Position numbers and translations under genes: made by a program. From Lingula anatina (lineage: Eukaryota; Animalia; Brachiopoda), in contig CM120640.1 in NCBI GenBank assembly GCA_051362555.1, positions 21,080,001 to 21,144,000 of the forward strand: a stretch of DNA of 64,000 bases, written 5' to 3'. Position 1 is the stretch's first letter, and every line of letters begins with the position of its first letter. Of the stretch, positions 11,204-24,821 are shown in pieces. The notes beneath the pieces are model-generated. The model did no database searches. It worked only from the letters and a program-made list of their open reading frames with translations, and was not told where the DNA came from.

Positions 11204-12726
11204 CTACAGCTGTGGCAAAAGCAGACAGTTTTGATAATATGCACCCTTTTTCTAAGCAATGATGCCCATGGTCAGACCTCTTTTTTGACCACGTCGCCTT
11301 GGTTAAACGTATCAGTTACTTTGACCGTTTCCCCAATTTATTTAGGGGTGGAAAGCAGTAAGCGTCAGGCACCCAAGATTCAAAGAGCAGTGAAAGAGTA
11401 CTGGAATCTAACCTTCAGTCTATATGCCTCTGCGGCAATCTAACGGTCAATTTACAGTAATCTAAAAACTTGGGTAGGTTTACCCTCTACCACTGATCAA
11501 TTTTTTCACTATACAACATTGTCACAAAGGTTGTCCCACCCCCATTTCCATGTACTTATATTTACAAATGATCACCTTACAGCTGTAAATTGTTAGAAAT
11601 AGTGTCTAACATGATTAATTAAGATTTTTTTGACCAATGCTGTATATGCACATATCTCTCTAGCTTATTCTTTACACTATTATCTGTTCAGTGAGAATTT
11701 TGATATAGAATTAACATCAACACTCAGCTGGTCCTTATTGTTTTTAGTTGGAGTATTAGCGCTATATGCTGGAGTGGTATTGACTGCATGGGTATCTTTT
11801 TTATCTTCCCAAATTCTTCCAAAAAATTCCAATTATGCTGGCGTATTTGCAACTGAATTAAATTCCCCAAAGACAGAGTTTAATCCTACCCCACACAATT
11901 TTGGAAGGTAAGACACTTTTGTATAGGCCTACATTTAAATTTAACACATTAAACAAAGGCTTATTAATTATATGAGAACACTTATTTGTGGTTTATTTAT
12001 CTATAGAGCATTCCTTGTTTAACTCACTTATACCTGTCTATTAATATATCAGTATTATTATTACTAGTCATTCTCTGTTTTAATTTCATCTATGTAATCA
12101 AAATCTATCATTTTCATAAGTTTGGTCGACCCTGTTAGTGCCAGGAATGGTTGACCTACCTGGCTGTAAATGTTACACATTTGATGTAGAAGAAAAGGAA
12201 TTTTGTAAAACTGTTTATGCCCTTTTCTTTAAAAGTTACTCTTTTTTTATTAAGAAGAATGTTGTTGGATAAAAAGACAAAATCTACAAATTAATCATTT
12301 TCTTTATCCTATAAAATGACCACTGACAGACCAATAAATTTCTTTCAAACATACAACAGTACAAAATATTTTAATTAGACTTTGATCGTTTAAAACAGTA
12401 GAAAATCAGCAAATGAGTGCATGATCATGTATGTCCACATCTGCCTTAGTTTACATGTATATAGATACATGAGGATAATGTATGGTGCATAGATGTTATA
12501 ACCCCACTGTGTAACTCATATAACATATGGCATATAAATATTAGCACTAATAACAGCATCTAATATAATACAATAGTTTAGTATTCCTTGTTAGAGTATC
12601 TATAGATAATTTCACTACTCCAATACATAGTCAATAAAATGTAATTTAAAGAATGTGATCAATTGTTTACTGAGACTAATTGGGAACCGAGTCTTCTTTC
12701 TTCCTGAATGTGCATATACCATTTTA

Positions 12727-12727
<1 letters not shown>

Positions 12728-12781
<54 letters not shown>
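12728..12781. repeat. Compound microsatellite (CT)n(CA)n
   Basis: Read directly; lies in the inferred PTDSS2 3' UTR region. Confidence 0.95.
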
Positions 12782-12784
<3 letters not shown>

Positions 12785-14462
12785 TTTTTCCACCTTTGAA
12801 AGCACACGACTCCAAAACTTGTGTTCTCGGCATCATTTCTTCAGCCAATGTCATATTTTCTATACTACATATTCAAAACTTCCAGCACAATCAGTTATTA
12901 AACAGACAAAACTGAGGTTAAATATTCACCTTTTTAGCCATAAGCAAAGCAGCTCAACCATCTGCAAAGTTTCTTTCACACTGACATAGAAATGCTCAGT
13001 TATGTGACCAAGTTAAGCAGTGCTTTAAACCTACCAATTAAAAGATATCTCATACTTGATTTGAACTTATTTGTATTAAATCTCCATAATATATGTATAC
13101 ATACGTATACATATACATATACATAGTGAATTATTATACAAATTAAAAAACAAGACAAATACTATAAACCAAAGCTGAAAAATAAACAATCCTGTGTCTA
13201 TTCTGCAAGCAACACTTTTTACTAATTATATCTTCTATAGAATATAGAATATAGACAAAAATTTAAAGACCATTTTAAGCATATAACAATTACTACTAAC
13301 AGAATGTATGCCAATTAATCTTTTCTCTAAAATACTATACACACTACGTTAATCAAGGCTTAAATCATACTTAAATTTACTAAGTAAAACCAGTCTTGTG
13401 CAATCAACAGAGTAGTAAGACAGTAGTATAATTTGGGTCATGAATATAAATACGTTTAATGCTATATAAATTACCATTTAACTGTACCTGGTGCATATTT
13501 AATAAGTGCGGGGTTGCAAAACAAGGCTTTAAATATTTCCCTTGCAAAATCAACATATAAGCCAATCCAAAATGCAATATCATAAAACAGCCAGCATATC
13601 ATAGTCAATATCATAAAAGCAGCCATTCTTACATTGAAAAAATGTAAAAATGGACAAGTAATCAATAGCAGAGGGAACTATGATATTCAATGTCAAGTAA
13701 AACAATTCATGCATTATTAATCATACTGTTATCTATTATCTAATACCATTCAATCAAAAAACTCTATTTAAACAACATAATTTAATGCCATTTTTTTTCT
13801 TTTGAGACCTCTCAATATATATTTTATTCTGACTTTAATATTAGCCTTCTATACTACTGCCAAAATTCAATTCTTCTTGTTCAGCATACAGAATCGTCAT
13901 TGACATTTTACTAATTACACAAAAGACCAATCTGTAAAATATGACAAGCGTTCCCCCAATGTGACAAACATGATTCTCTAAAATAGATTGTATAGCCATC
14001 AATACAAAGCATTCTAACAACAATAGCAAAAAGCACCTACACTATATACATTTTTCATTAAAGCATATGCAACATTTTTCCTTTTTTACCCTCCCTTTTA
14101 TAAAACCATAATCCAAATCTATATAATCATGTTGTCTCACAACAGGCCATGTACAAGTATACAAAATAACTTTGGCAATCTGGTACGTACAATATAAACA
14201 AGTAGCTAAATATTCCCTATAATATGCAATTGTAAAACAATCATCTTTGGAGCAATTTGTGCAGAATATCTGCTAAATATCTTAGCAAACATCTCACATG
14301 GCTGACACTGGATTTTGAAACGATGGAAATAATCGATGATTCTTTATAAAAAGAGATTATTTAGCTGGTATGAAAATAATGTTGAGCATGGTTTGTGATA
14401 TGCAAAATAACATTTCTTTCTTCTGATACATGTTCATGCAATGTTTAATTGTGACTATTCAT

Positions 14463-17400
14463 TCAACTTTGGCCATTTTGGCTATCCCTGTTGACACGGA
14501 AGCGAGGCTGTTTGAGTGGCGAGTTGGATACACTGCCGTTACTGCCACCCTCGGCTTTATTCTGCGTCTTTCTATCATTATTGTTCATAACAACATCGCC
14601 ATTAGTGGTCTGATGACTCTTTGCGATAACTTTATGTGGATGGAGGTAAAATTTCCAAATTGTGTAAACAAACAATCCCACAATGCCAAGAATCCAGAAA
14701 CAGGCAACAGGGAATGGAATGGGCTTAGAAACAGTCTGCCAGTCAAACTTGAGCACTATAAGAAGCTCTGTTATAATTATAGCAGCTATCATCCAAGCCT
14801 GACGACCAAACTTCTTACAATTTCTGCAAAGACAAATTGTGAGTTTTAAGAAAAAAAATACTTCCTTTCACAGTTTGCCATACATGCTAGTATTGGACCT
14901 TTAATTAACAAAAACACCTCTTGCATCCTGCATTGGTAAGTAACACAGAATCTCTTTAAAAAATTGCCTAACATAACTCAATCAATAAATCTGCCGCTAA
15001 GCATCATTTTAGTTCTAATAAGCTAAGTTTCATAACCACACTGACAATGAAAAGTCCACATTTTTATGAAGCCAAAACCGTGCAAAGGTAACTACAATAT
15101 CATTGAAAGATATTACTACAGAAACCTGCTGACTTACGGGTCGTCAAGAAACTGGAAAGCCTCCCTCATAGCAACAGCCCCTGCAAACAGGAAGAACACC
15201 AGACGTCCCAAACATAAGTAGTGCTCAGGTGGAATCCACAACACAAATTTCAGGTAGAATGTGTTCAGTTCTGCAGCCAAAAACTGAAAATTAAGTAATT
15301 CAAAAATTATAGTTAATGGCATGGATTTCAAAAATGGTACATGTAGTTGGTCTACAAAAGATTACATGCTGTTTACACCAATATTATTGAGCCAAAGATT
15401 TTGAGTTTCTAAAAAGGCATGATAGTAATAGTAATAGTTTAGAATGACTAAAAAAATATCACACAAAATTACAACACTGAAATTAACATATTTGCTTGAT
15501 ACAAATTTAAGAAGAAAAAGGCAGCATTATGGGCTGCTGTATTGGGAAAAATCACTAAAACCTAAAATAAACTAGACTAAGAGCGCATTCTCAACGAATT
15601 AAGCCAGGCTTTACAAAGCCGGTGACCTAAAAATGGCGGACGTACATGAAAGAAAAACCGCCTAATCTTTTAATAGTCTCTCCGCCTCTCACACGCCTCC
15701 CCACACGTCGTCCCTGCGGGGTACAGTAATTAAATCTCGGCTCCGAACATTAATATTTCCGTGAATATCTCTGGTGATATTATCTCCGTAGATAGTCGAT
15801 TCATTGCTGCTCTACGGGCCAAATTATTCCTTTTTCGTCTCTGTTTTCAAAGATAATAGAACAGAAGAGCTTTTTTCCTTCGATCGCCTTCAGCCGCCAT
15901 GCTTTCTTCACCACGAGTTTAACTGATGAGCATGCGCACTTAATATTTCTCAGGTAGCTTCCGCATGGCGAACGGAGTCGCGATTTAATTACTGTACCCC
16001 GCAGGGACGACGTGTGGGGAGGCGTGTGAGAGGCGGAGAGACTATTAAAAGATTAGGCGGTTTTTCTTTCATGTTCGTCCGCCATTTTTAGGTCACCGGC
16101 TTTGTAAAGCCTGGCTTAATTCGTTGAGAATGCGCTCTAAGTGTACTATTAAAATGAAACCATTATGAGCCTGATATGAAAAGTTCTGATTTCTCTAAAT
16201 GTCTCACCATAATAATGATTCCCAACATTGCCAACCATCGCTTCAAGCTGAATGTGGGCCTCCAATCGAAGTCCATCCAGCTGTAGGGGGTGAACTGGGA
16301 AGCAACACGCTGGAGACGGCCTCTGTAACAAAATAAGGTGAAAAATTACATTTGTATAAATTATAATTGTGCACTCTAAATGGACCAGATGTTTAAATTA
16401 GAGGCCCAACTGATCACCATAAAACTAAATTATATCTATGATAATTTTGTATAAACCATCAATTTTGAAATAATACATATCTTGACGTGAAAGTAAATAT
16501 GAAATCTAGCCTCCGTTCCTTACAGGTGAGCTGGTGCATGTATCATTCTATAAGCTGTTTTCACGATTCATCTGATTCAAATTCACAGTAATCAACACAC
16601 CAGCAGCAGTTTAATTCTTGCCAATGTGAAAGAACAGGCCCCAAGCCGGGGTGGGGGTGGGGGGGTTCAAACAAACTGCTTTTTGGTGGGAAAAGGTCCC
16701 CTCTGAATTAAAATTGATCTTGGTACACAAAGGTTTCACGGTAAAAGGTCCACTTTTTCAGAAAAAGAGCCCCCTCCCCCCCTTTGAAATAACTGGCTAC
16801 AGGCCCAAAGAAACAGAAGAAATCTTGACATGCAATATTACTAGAGGTGCCATGTATTAATGGAATATTGAACGGATATAACCCCAGGTGGAATGATGCA
16901 CAAAGTGATACATGTACCGTAATTTCCCACTATATTCAAACAAAAAGGAATAATCACATTTTTGAAAATAACATCATACTGGTAATATCTGATAAAAATG
17001 GCCTTGAGTTTGGAATTTTGGGAGAGAATATAGTTTTATATGACAGAATTTTTGTGAGGAACACGATGAATCTTTAAAAGATAAGAGTCTTAAGAGATTC
17101 ATTTTTTTTTTTCATCCAAAAGAGGACTAAGCAAAAGATCTTAAATTACCAGTATTCGCAGAAATTCTCAACTGCTCTTTGGTGCAGTCTTCCTCAGTGA
17201 TATTGTTTGACCATTAAGTGGAGTTGTGGTCAAAATGATGTTATAGACTGGACTAAGCCTGTGCCCCCCACCCCCCAACCACAGTTAATTGTCATTGAAT
17301 CTTTGAAAGATATTAAAAAGAAACAAGGGAGGCTCTTAATTTTTGTGAGGAATTATTGTAATTTCCATAGTGTTAAAATTGCTTTTGTTCTTACCTGTAT

Positions 17401-18825
17401 GTGTGTATTTTCCACATCCCCCTCCAGTGGTAGTGTTTTAGTGAGAGATATTTCAGAGTCTTCATACCCAAGTAGATACCCAGACCATTACACACTAAGG
17501 CATCCATTATCCACTGAAGAAGATTATTGAAACTTACTGTTGGACAGTATGCTATGATATGAAAATGAGAAGGCATTTACAAGAACACACACACAAACAC
17601 ACACACACACACTACAGTATATATATATACAATGCATAAAAAGAACTTGGGGGATACTACTCTTTGTATATTAAATACATGCTTCAGAAATGGAAGGGGT
17701 AGATAATTTTGTCCCCTCCATTAATTCCAACTACATGTGTGTTTACGTGTTCATATGCGCCTGTGTTTAAAATGTTTGCAGGAAAATGAGTATGCGTACA
17801 CATTTGTGAGAACCTATGTGGGATGGCAACTCAAATATAGCAAATGGGATATTCAAACTAAAACAAATCTGCAAATTGACAGTAATCAAGAGACAACCCC
17901 ATTTTGATAATCTGTCTTAATCTCCATATATACATTTATTTTGACTAAATTTCAGCACCAAAAGTATTGAACATACTGTGTGTGTACATTAGTGGTCATT
18001 GTAGCATGATATGTCATTAGCCATGAATTTGTAAATAAAGATGCAGGCCTAGAAAGTTTTCTTCTACACTTGAAATTATGTCAGACCCCTAGATTCCGTG
18101 CTTTCCATTCCTTTGCTTTCACATCAAAAAGGCATATTCATTATATCACTAAAGAGTTCACACTTTAATCAGCCATGGCTTGATGGTCAGTTAGTGGACA
18201 AGATGTCACAAGAAGTTCTTTACAAATTTTAAGGAATTTTGAGGAAACACTGTTTTTCAGGAGAAAAAAAAAAGTGAAATTCAATACAATTTCAACTGAA
18301 TTTGGTTTTCCTAACACTTCAAAAAATGCCTTTTTTCATCCCTTTCAGTATTTGCCTTTTCTCTTGGAAAAAGTCTGCATTCATGTTATATACATATAAA
18401 AGTTTTACATGCAGTTGTACTCACATGATCCCACCAGCATTCACTAAAATTGGGCAGCTGGTGCTCTAGGGTATACTCTAGAACCTCAAACATGATACTG
18501 AGCACAGTGCACAACCAGTAATCTCGCAGGATCAAAGTCTGGAAAAGCAAAAAAAAATTGGATCTACATTTTTGCCATCTTTTGTAAAGAAGGAATACAA
18601 ATTACTTTCTACATGAATTGAACAGATACTTTCACAAGAGGTTTTTTTTTATTTCCCAGGACCAGTATATAATTTTGCTGACCTTTTCCTTCTTTCACTC
18701 TACAGTATGAAATTATCTATCCCATCTAACATTTTTTGAAAGAGGGCTCTTACTTTTATTGAATGCACATTCAATAATGTATCATACTTTGAACTTATTT
18801 ACTTGCACTATCACTATGTAATGAG

Positions 18826-18872
<47 letters not shown>

Positions 18873-21800
18873 CTATGTTCCGTATACATAACAAAATTGA
18901 AAGACGTCTTAAAATAACATAGAAAGAAAAGAAAAAATGATAAACTTGACTACAGCACATCATAATTATTTCCAAATCAGATACCAACAGGATATATCAG
19001 ATATTCTAGCTTTGTGTGTTCATTTAGCAGCTCAGTGCTTTGATAGTTTCACTCCAGTAATGACTCTAATCTAAAATCAATGCTGATGCATCTATACGTG
19101 GAAATGGTATTATAATCTGCAGGCAACTGATTCCAATAAAGACTGATACACATTACAATACAGTGGAATGCAGTGCAGTGCAATACAGTACAGTACAGTA
19201 CAATGCAATACACTACCATTCAGTACAATATAGTACAATGCAATACAGTGCAGTCAGTACATTACAGTATAGTACAGTACAATACAGTAGACTGCAGTAT
19301 AGTGCAATATGCTACAATGCAAGACAGTGCAGTGCAGTACAGTAAAGTATAACAAGGGCGGATCCAGGATTATTTGAAGAGGGGGTCCGATTTTTCAGGA
19401 ATGACAGGCCACGACCCTCCTTGGAGTGTTTTGGAGGGCAAACAGTGCCATTTGGAATATAAGAACTATAAAGCAGCTAGTCAAAATTCTAATTCCAAGA
19501 GGGGAATATCAGTGACATCCCCCCCTCTAAATCCACCACTGTATAGTACAATACATACGTATATGGCAATCATTGGATCTTTTCAATGGGCATAAAGTAT
19601 CAATCTTTCAGTGACATTATTTCAGAACTATAAAACTTATATTTCTATATAGCACTTGTGGTGCTTTTACTGCACAGAATTCAAAAATAAGGTAACCTGC
19701 TTTTCAATTTTGCTGCTACCACTCAATAAGACTGTTCTAATTTTAAGAAATTATGACTTAAAAATACAGTACATGTGAAACTCACTGTTTCCCCATGTAA
19801 AGAGTCATTACCGTACTGCAAACCCAATGCTCATTGCAGTTGAACTTTGTCTATAATAGAACTGCAGCTACTTACTTTTAACCACCAACCAAAGAAATGT
19901 GTAGGAACAAAACCATCCATTTTATCCTGAAAGTAAAATGCATGAAAATATACAAGCTGATAAATGAAATAATACTTAAGCATTGTTTAACAAAATTTAT
20001 ACCAGAACTATCTTTGTCTCAATACTTTTAAAGACAGCTATCCTCAGAGTCCTGGGCTTGTATCATGGTACAATATGACAAGTACTTGTAAAAAAAATAA
20101 TACCTGGCCATCACTTGAACAGAAGAGGGTTTTTACTTAAAATTTTCTATGCTTTATTTATAGCAAAATTTTACTCTTGCAAAACAGATAATTTTTGTTA
20201 AACATCAAAAGTTTTTTAGACACAAATTGAACATTTGAATCAACATTTTCAGCATTATTAACAGGACAATATTTTGAGAAAAACTATAATTTGGTTTAAA
20301 TTTCATGAGTTATTACCATACTTTGTAAACTTGGACCACGCCCCCTGTTACTCTTACCTTGAGATTGTGGAAGGGATCCTCAAGTTTAGAAGGGTCATAT
20401 ATCAAACAATTGCCACCATAATCCTTCTCTGGAAGTGGCTGACCCAGTGTTTCATCAAAAAAAGTCAACAACTTTCTGGCATTATCAACAGTCTGAAACA
20501 AAAAAAAAAATGCTTTTTCGTGTCAAATAAAGGCATAATAATCATCTTTTTATTCCGTTCTTCAGTGAATGGCTGCTCTCATATGCAAAATTCAATACTT
20601 GCTGAATAATAAATGCCAAAATCACTTGATATTTATTTTCATGCTATCTTCTCTTATTCCTCAGAATTTGTATCTTGGTACATGTGCCAACTACTTTGTT
20701 CTTTAACTATTGGTAGTAGGCCTTCAAACAAAACTGTAAATCATAAAAAATTATTCACCAAACAAATCATAAAACAATGGTTTAATATGAACAACAGGAT
20801 AAGTGCAAGTGAGTAAATGTGTAAAAACCTTACCTGGAAAAGTAGGAAAATCAGGGCTAATTCATATACAATACTAAGGCACAGGATCAATCTCCAAAAG
20901 GCTGGTGATCGAGAAATAAAAAATAAAAGAAGAAGTCACTTCAAACTCAATTCAGTAGGTCAAACAAAACATTCACAGTAGCGGTTCAATCTACAAAGAC
21001 TTTTACGTCAACAGAATTTTTCCCCCCGAAATATAACCTTCAGTCATGTGAATCAGAAATTGGTGAAAAGCACACAAGTCATTCACAGTTTAAATGTCCA
21101 TGCAAAAAAATGTATGTGATACACTGGAACAAAAGCCCAGATTATCAAATCAATTACATTTGATTTATATTGCTTTAAAAATCCATGCAATAAACATAAT
21201 GCACTGAATGCAATCATAAAAAAAAGGAGAACCAGTCACTCAGCAAAGCTGGTAACTATAAACATAATATTCCAAAATAACTACACTATTGACAGCAGAT
21301 GGGTGGTGGGATACCTGCTTGAAAATCGTTTGATTAAAGTGACCTTAGTTTCATTTACGAAAAAAAAAAAAAAAAAAAAAAACAGCACACTTTTAAAATT
21401 AGAATTAAATGACATAGTTTCATTTAAGAAAAAATGTAACTATTTTTAAATTAACATGTGTCCTTAGATGAAGCAACTGTATTTTTCTCCTTTCAAGATG
21501 TCAGAAATAGAACTGAATGTAAACTGTCTATTCCAGCTATTCCTATAAAAACAAATAGTTGTCAATAAAAGAATTTCCATTACAAGACTACGTTAATGCA
21601 GTTGATGATTTGGACATAATGAATAAACATATCAGTGTATTAAAGTCACTGTTTACATCATTTTGAAAGAAATTCTTTTCTGTGCATAAGTGTTATATAT
21701 ATAAGACTGTCATTCATTTATTTCTCTGCTGATAATCTGCAGGTTAACTTAAGGCAAGCATAAGGACCAGACTTTCTAATAACAGAACTTGCTCATTTGA

Positions 21801-23181
21801 AAAAAAAATCTGAAGAAAAAGGAAAAAGATGGAGGAAGAAGAAGAAGAAGAAGAAAAATATTAAATCTACACCTTATATGGACCTGATTGGCTGTGCCAC
21901 AAGTGCCAACAAAAACAATCCTAGCATTGATAGCAAAACCAATGTTCACAAACAACTCATCCACCCATGTGGAATTTAAGAGCAAAGCTAAATGCAAGCA
22001 TTTCAAGTCAATTTCCACTGTAACCTTAAGCTTATATTGGTGTTTACTGCACCAAAGATTGATGACCATCATAATCACAAATCCTTTTAAGTTGTTACAC
22101 CATCAGATTTCTTTTTACGACACTGTAGCTGTTTTGAAAGCTATTTCCAATTAGCAAAGTCTCCAGAACAGAAACATGTTTAATTTACTATAAATATGTT
22201 CCAACATCAAGAAGACAACATGCTGGATTGAGTTGTGGAAAACAACCAATACAAACTGATATCCTTAACCATTGTGGAATACTAATGACTGCCCATCACA
22301 TTATCAGATGGTGTAATTACTTTATTTAAAAAACAATGCATGAAATGAGTGCACAAAGGTGTGTGTGCGAATTACTCTTATTATCATACTATTGAATTTA
22401 TTTATGTTATTAAGCCAAAACCTAAGTATAAAACTATGCTCAAACTGAATTTTAAGAAATGTTATTATAAGAAATGATCTATTAAATATCTTGTATAAAT
22501 TTCAGTTTCAAAGTTGCTACTGACATACATCATGCATACAGCAGTCATACTTTCAGTCCTTGTGTAATGCTACCAGGAGATCACAGCAATTGGGATATCA
22601 TGATGTATTAACTACTTTTTAAAAAGACATACTGTCAAAGCATGATATTGTGCAAAAAGCTATGCATTAAACCAGGTTTCAAATTGAAAAAAATAAAAAT
22701 AAATTTTTTTTTAAAAGTCAGATCAAGGATTAATCTGCATATTCTACAATGCCATGTATCTACAATTCACTTGAACCAAAATATGATTTTCAATACAACA
22801 AAGCTAGGTGCCTTATTAGAGAATAAATAATGTTCTCACCTGGATGTGGTCTTTTAAATGGTCCATCAGGAGTCTGTGTAACACCAAATAGTAAAAATGC
22901 TAATATCACTGCAGTGATTCCTCTGAAATAAACAGCAGACACATGAGGCTGGTTTTAATAAAAAAAAAAGTTATCTGCATTATTTCATGGAGTTTCATCC
23001 CTGTTGCAGTATTCAGGTGAAACAAAATAAATAAATGTTAAAAATAATAATAAGAAGAAAAGTGCAAATTGCAGCGATATGTGCTTTATTCCACTACAAT
23101 AATATTTTTATTCATTTTATGTGCCAATGCCTAACATTAATTGCATATCTTGCAGGTAAAAATATTACAGCTTTCGAAAAA

Positions 23182-23220
<39 letters not shown>

Positions 23221-24821
23221 AATAAAATAAACTCAATATGTTATCATTATTCAATAAAAAAATTCATAAACAATTTAATAACACAAATTATTCAAAGAAA
23301 TATCTGCTTCAACTATAAAATAAAACTTGTATAGTGAAAAGCTATGACAACCATGGTGACATTTTTTTCCACTTTTCCACTGGCAATGTATAATCTAAAC
23401 AGTCATTTACAAATAACAGATTGACATATCTATTGCATGTGATACCCAATGCAGACGCACTTGGGGTGTTAAAAAGGCTCATTTTTGTCCCTTAAAATGT
23501 CTATATCATCATAAAAAGAACATTAATTCAATTGACTGATTATGAATACATACATTTACTAAAAGTTGTCATATGATGATAAATAATGAATAAGCACTAC
23601 GTGGGTTTGAAAGTAATGCAATAATTTCCTGTGCACCACAGAAAAATTGGGACTATGGCATAATGATGTGCGAACATATTCTGGCAGTAGATTGCCACCT
23701 ATTTCTGACACCTTGTTAAAACAATTTCCCCAGAGGATGAAAACTGCATCAATGCCATCACTAATGGAAACAGTGAAAAATATGGCCTGTAATCACCTTT
23801 TTGTGTTATACTCCACATTTACTGTTGGATCCTCAAAGAGTGCCACATAGACCAGAATGCATGTGAATATCACCAGGACGCTTATTGTGTGAGCTCGCCT
23901 GAAATAAAAAAAAAAATTAAAAATTGACAAAAAGTTCAACCCCTGTTAATGAATATATGAAAGTACCTTTACAATTAAATTACAATTTATACAAAACCTT
24001 TCAATATGTGAGGCTACCAGCATTTCCTCACAATTTCCTAAGGTTGGAGAAAGACAATTAAAACCAATGCCCAGACCCTAGAAACATCACCATAACAAAG
24101 AAAAACAAAACATTCATTAAAATCTCTCATAATTCATAACTATCGCTATTGGAAGAAGGCCTCTAGGTGTACACAGGTATAAAATCAAAGCAATCACTGT
24201 GACAGAGGACAAAAGCCAGTCGTTGGAATTAAACTTATAATGATGTATACATATACTTGCAGACACACAATTAAAAACAGGCACAAAGATAGTAATCAGT
24301 CCTCAGAATCCTTTTATATAAAGAATATTTGAATAATGAAGCTCATTACAAGAAATAATCAGTATTCCTTCAATTTGCAGTGGTGGTAGCTAGTACAGTA
24401 GATGTCAACTGAGAAGGTCTATGTTTCAATATGGTCTGACTCCAGGAATACCAGCTGCCTGCAGCGAAAAACATGTAATATCCCAACACAACCAGTATGA
24501 GATATTCATGGATTCTCTTTCTCATCAGTAAGGGTACTATTGATTGCATCCATGGTGATTTTCTATGTTATCATAATGGGTTAATCTCAGAAGTCACATT
24601 CAAAAACAAAAAATTAAGTGTTGAAATGAGCAAAATTATATCTATCACCCAGGGGCAAAGAAAAACGATCAAAACTTAAACAAAAAATATAGTTACCAGA
24701 AAAATGTCATAGTTCCATCATCAAACAGATGTTTGTCATTCATCTTATCTTCCTCCCAATCATGGGCTGTCTTTCTCTGCTCCTCCTCGGTATGAGCCAT
24801 TTTTGATACTTTTGACACCAT
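14463..24821 (-). CDS. PTDSS2: Phosphatidylserine synthase 2
   Basis: Exons 24821-24697, 23898-23797, 22922-22840, 20901-20834, 20492-20358, 19926-19876, 18538-18425, 17513-17395, 16322-16208, 15283-15138, 14823-14463. Motifs: [14 protein letters not shown] (PSS2-type), [50 protein letters not shown]. Confidence 0.95.
15581..16137. mobile_element. PIF/Harbinger-type MITE with 156 bp near-perfect TIRs, in a PTDSS2 intron
   Basis: Arms 15581-15736 and 15982-16137 are reverse complements (one mismatch seen); TAA on both sides. Confidence 0.9.
16635..16806. mobile_element. Degenerate short hAT-like MITE
   Basis: caggccccaagccggg...ctggctacaggccc ends with subterminal G and C runs; aaagaa on both flanks. 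Confidence 0.45.
18829..18872. repeat. (AAT)n microsatellite
   Basis: Read directly. Confidence 0.95.
19150..19345. repeat. Degenerate pentanucleotide array (CAGTA/CAATA/CAGTG)n
   Basis: 5-bp periodicity read directly; it explains the spurious STVQY-repeat ORF. Confidence 0.9.
19353..19541. mobile_element. Degenerate short hAT-like MITE
   Basis: caagggcggatccagga...ccccctctaaatccaccactg, an imperfect TIR of the common CAG(G/T)GGCGGATC type. No clear TSD. Confidence 0.5.
23179..23222. repeat. (AAAT)n microsatellite
   Basis: Read directly. Confidence 0.9.

Noticed and set aside
12615-12989. ORFs with CVCV/THTH/RERE runs
   Set aside because: Artefacts of the (CT)n(CA)n microsatellite.
19163-19345. 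STVQY-repeat ORF
   Set aside because: It is the translation of a pentanucleotide microsatellite.
21337-21433. Poly-A run between two similar gac(c/a)tagtttcattta motifs, as a possible retroposition scar
   Set aside because: The repeats are imperfect and there is no inserted body; consistent with local slippage duplication.
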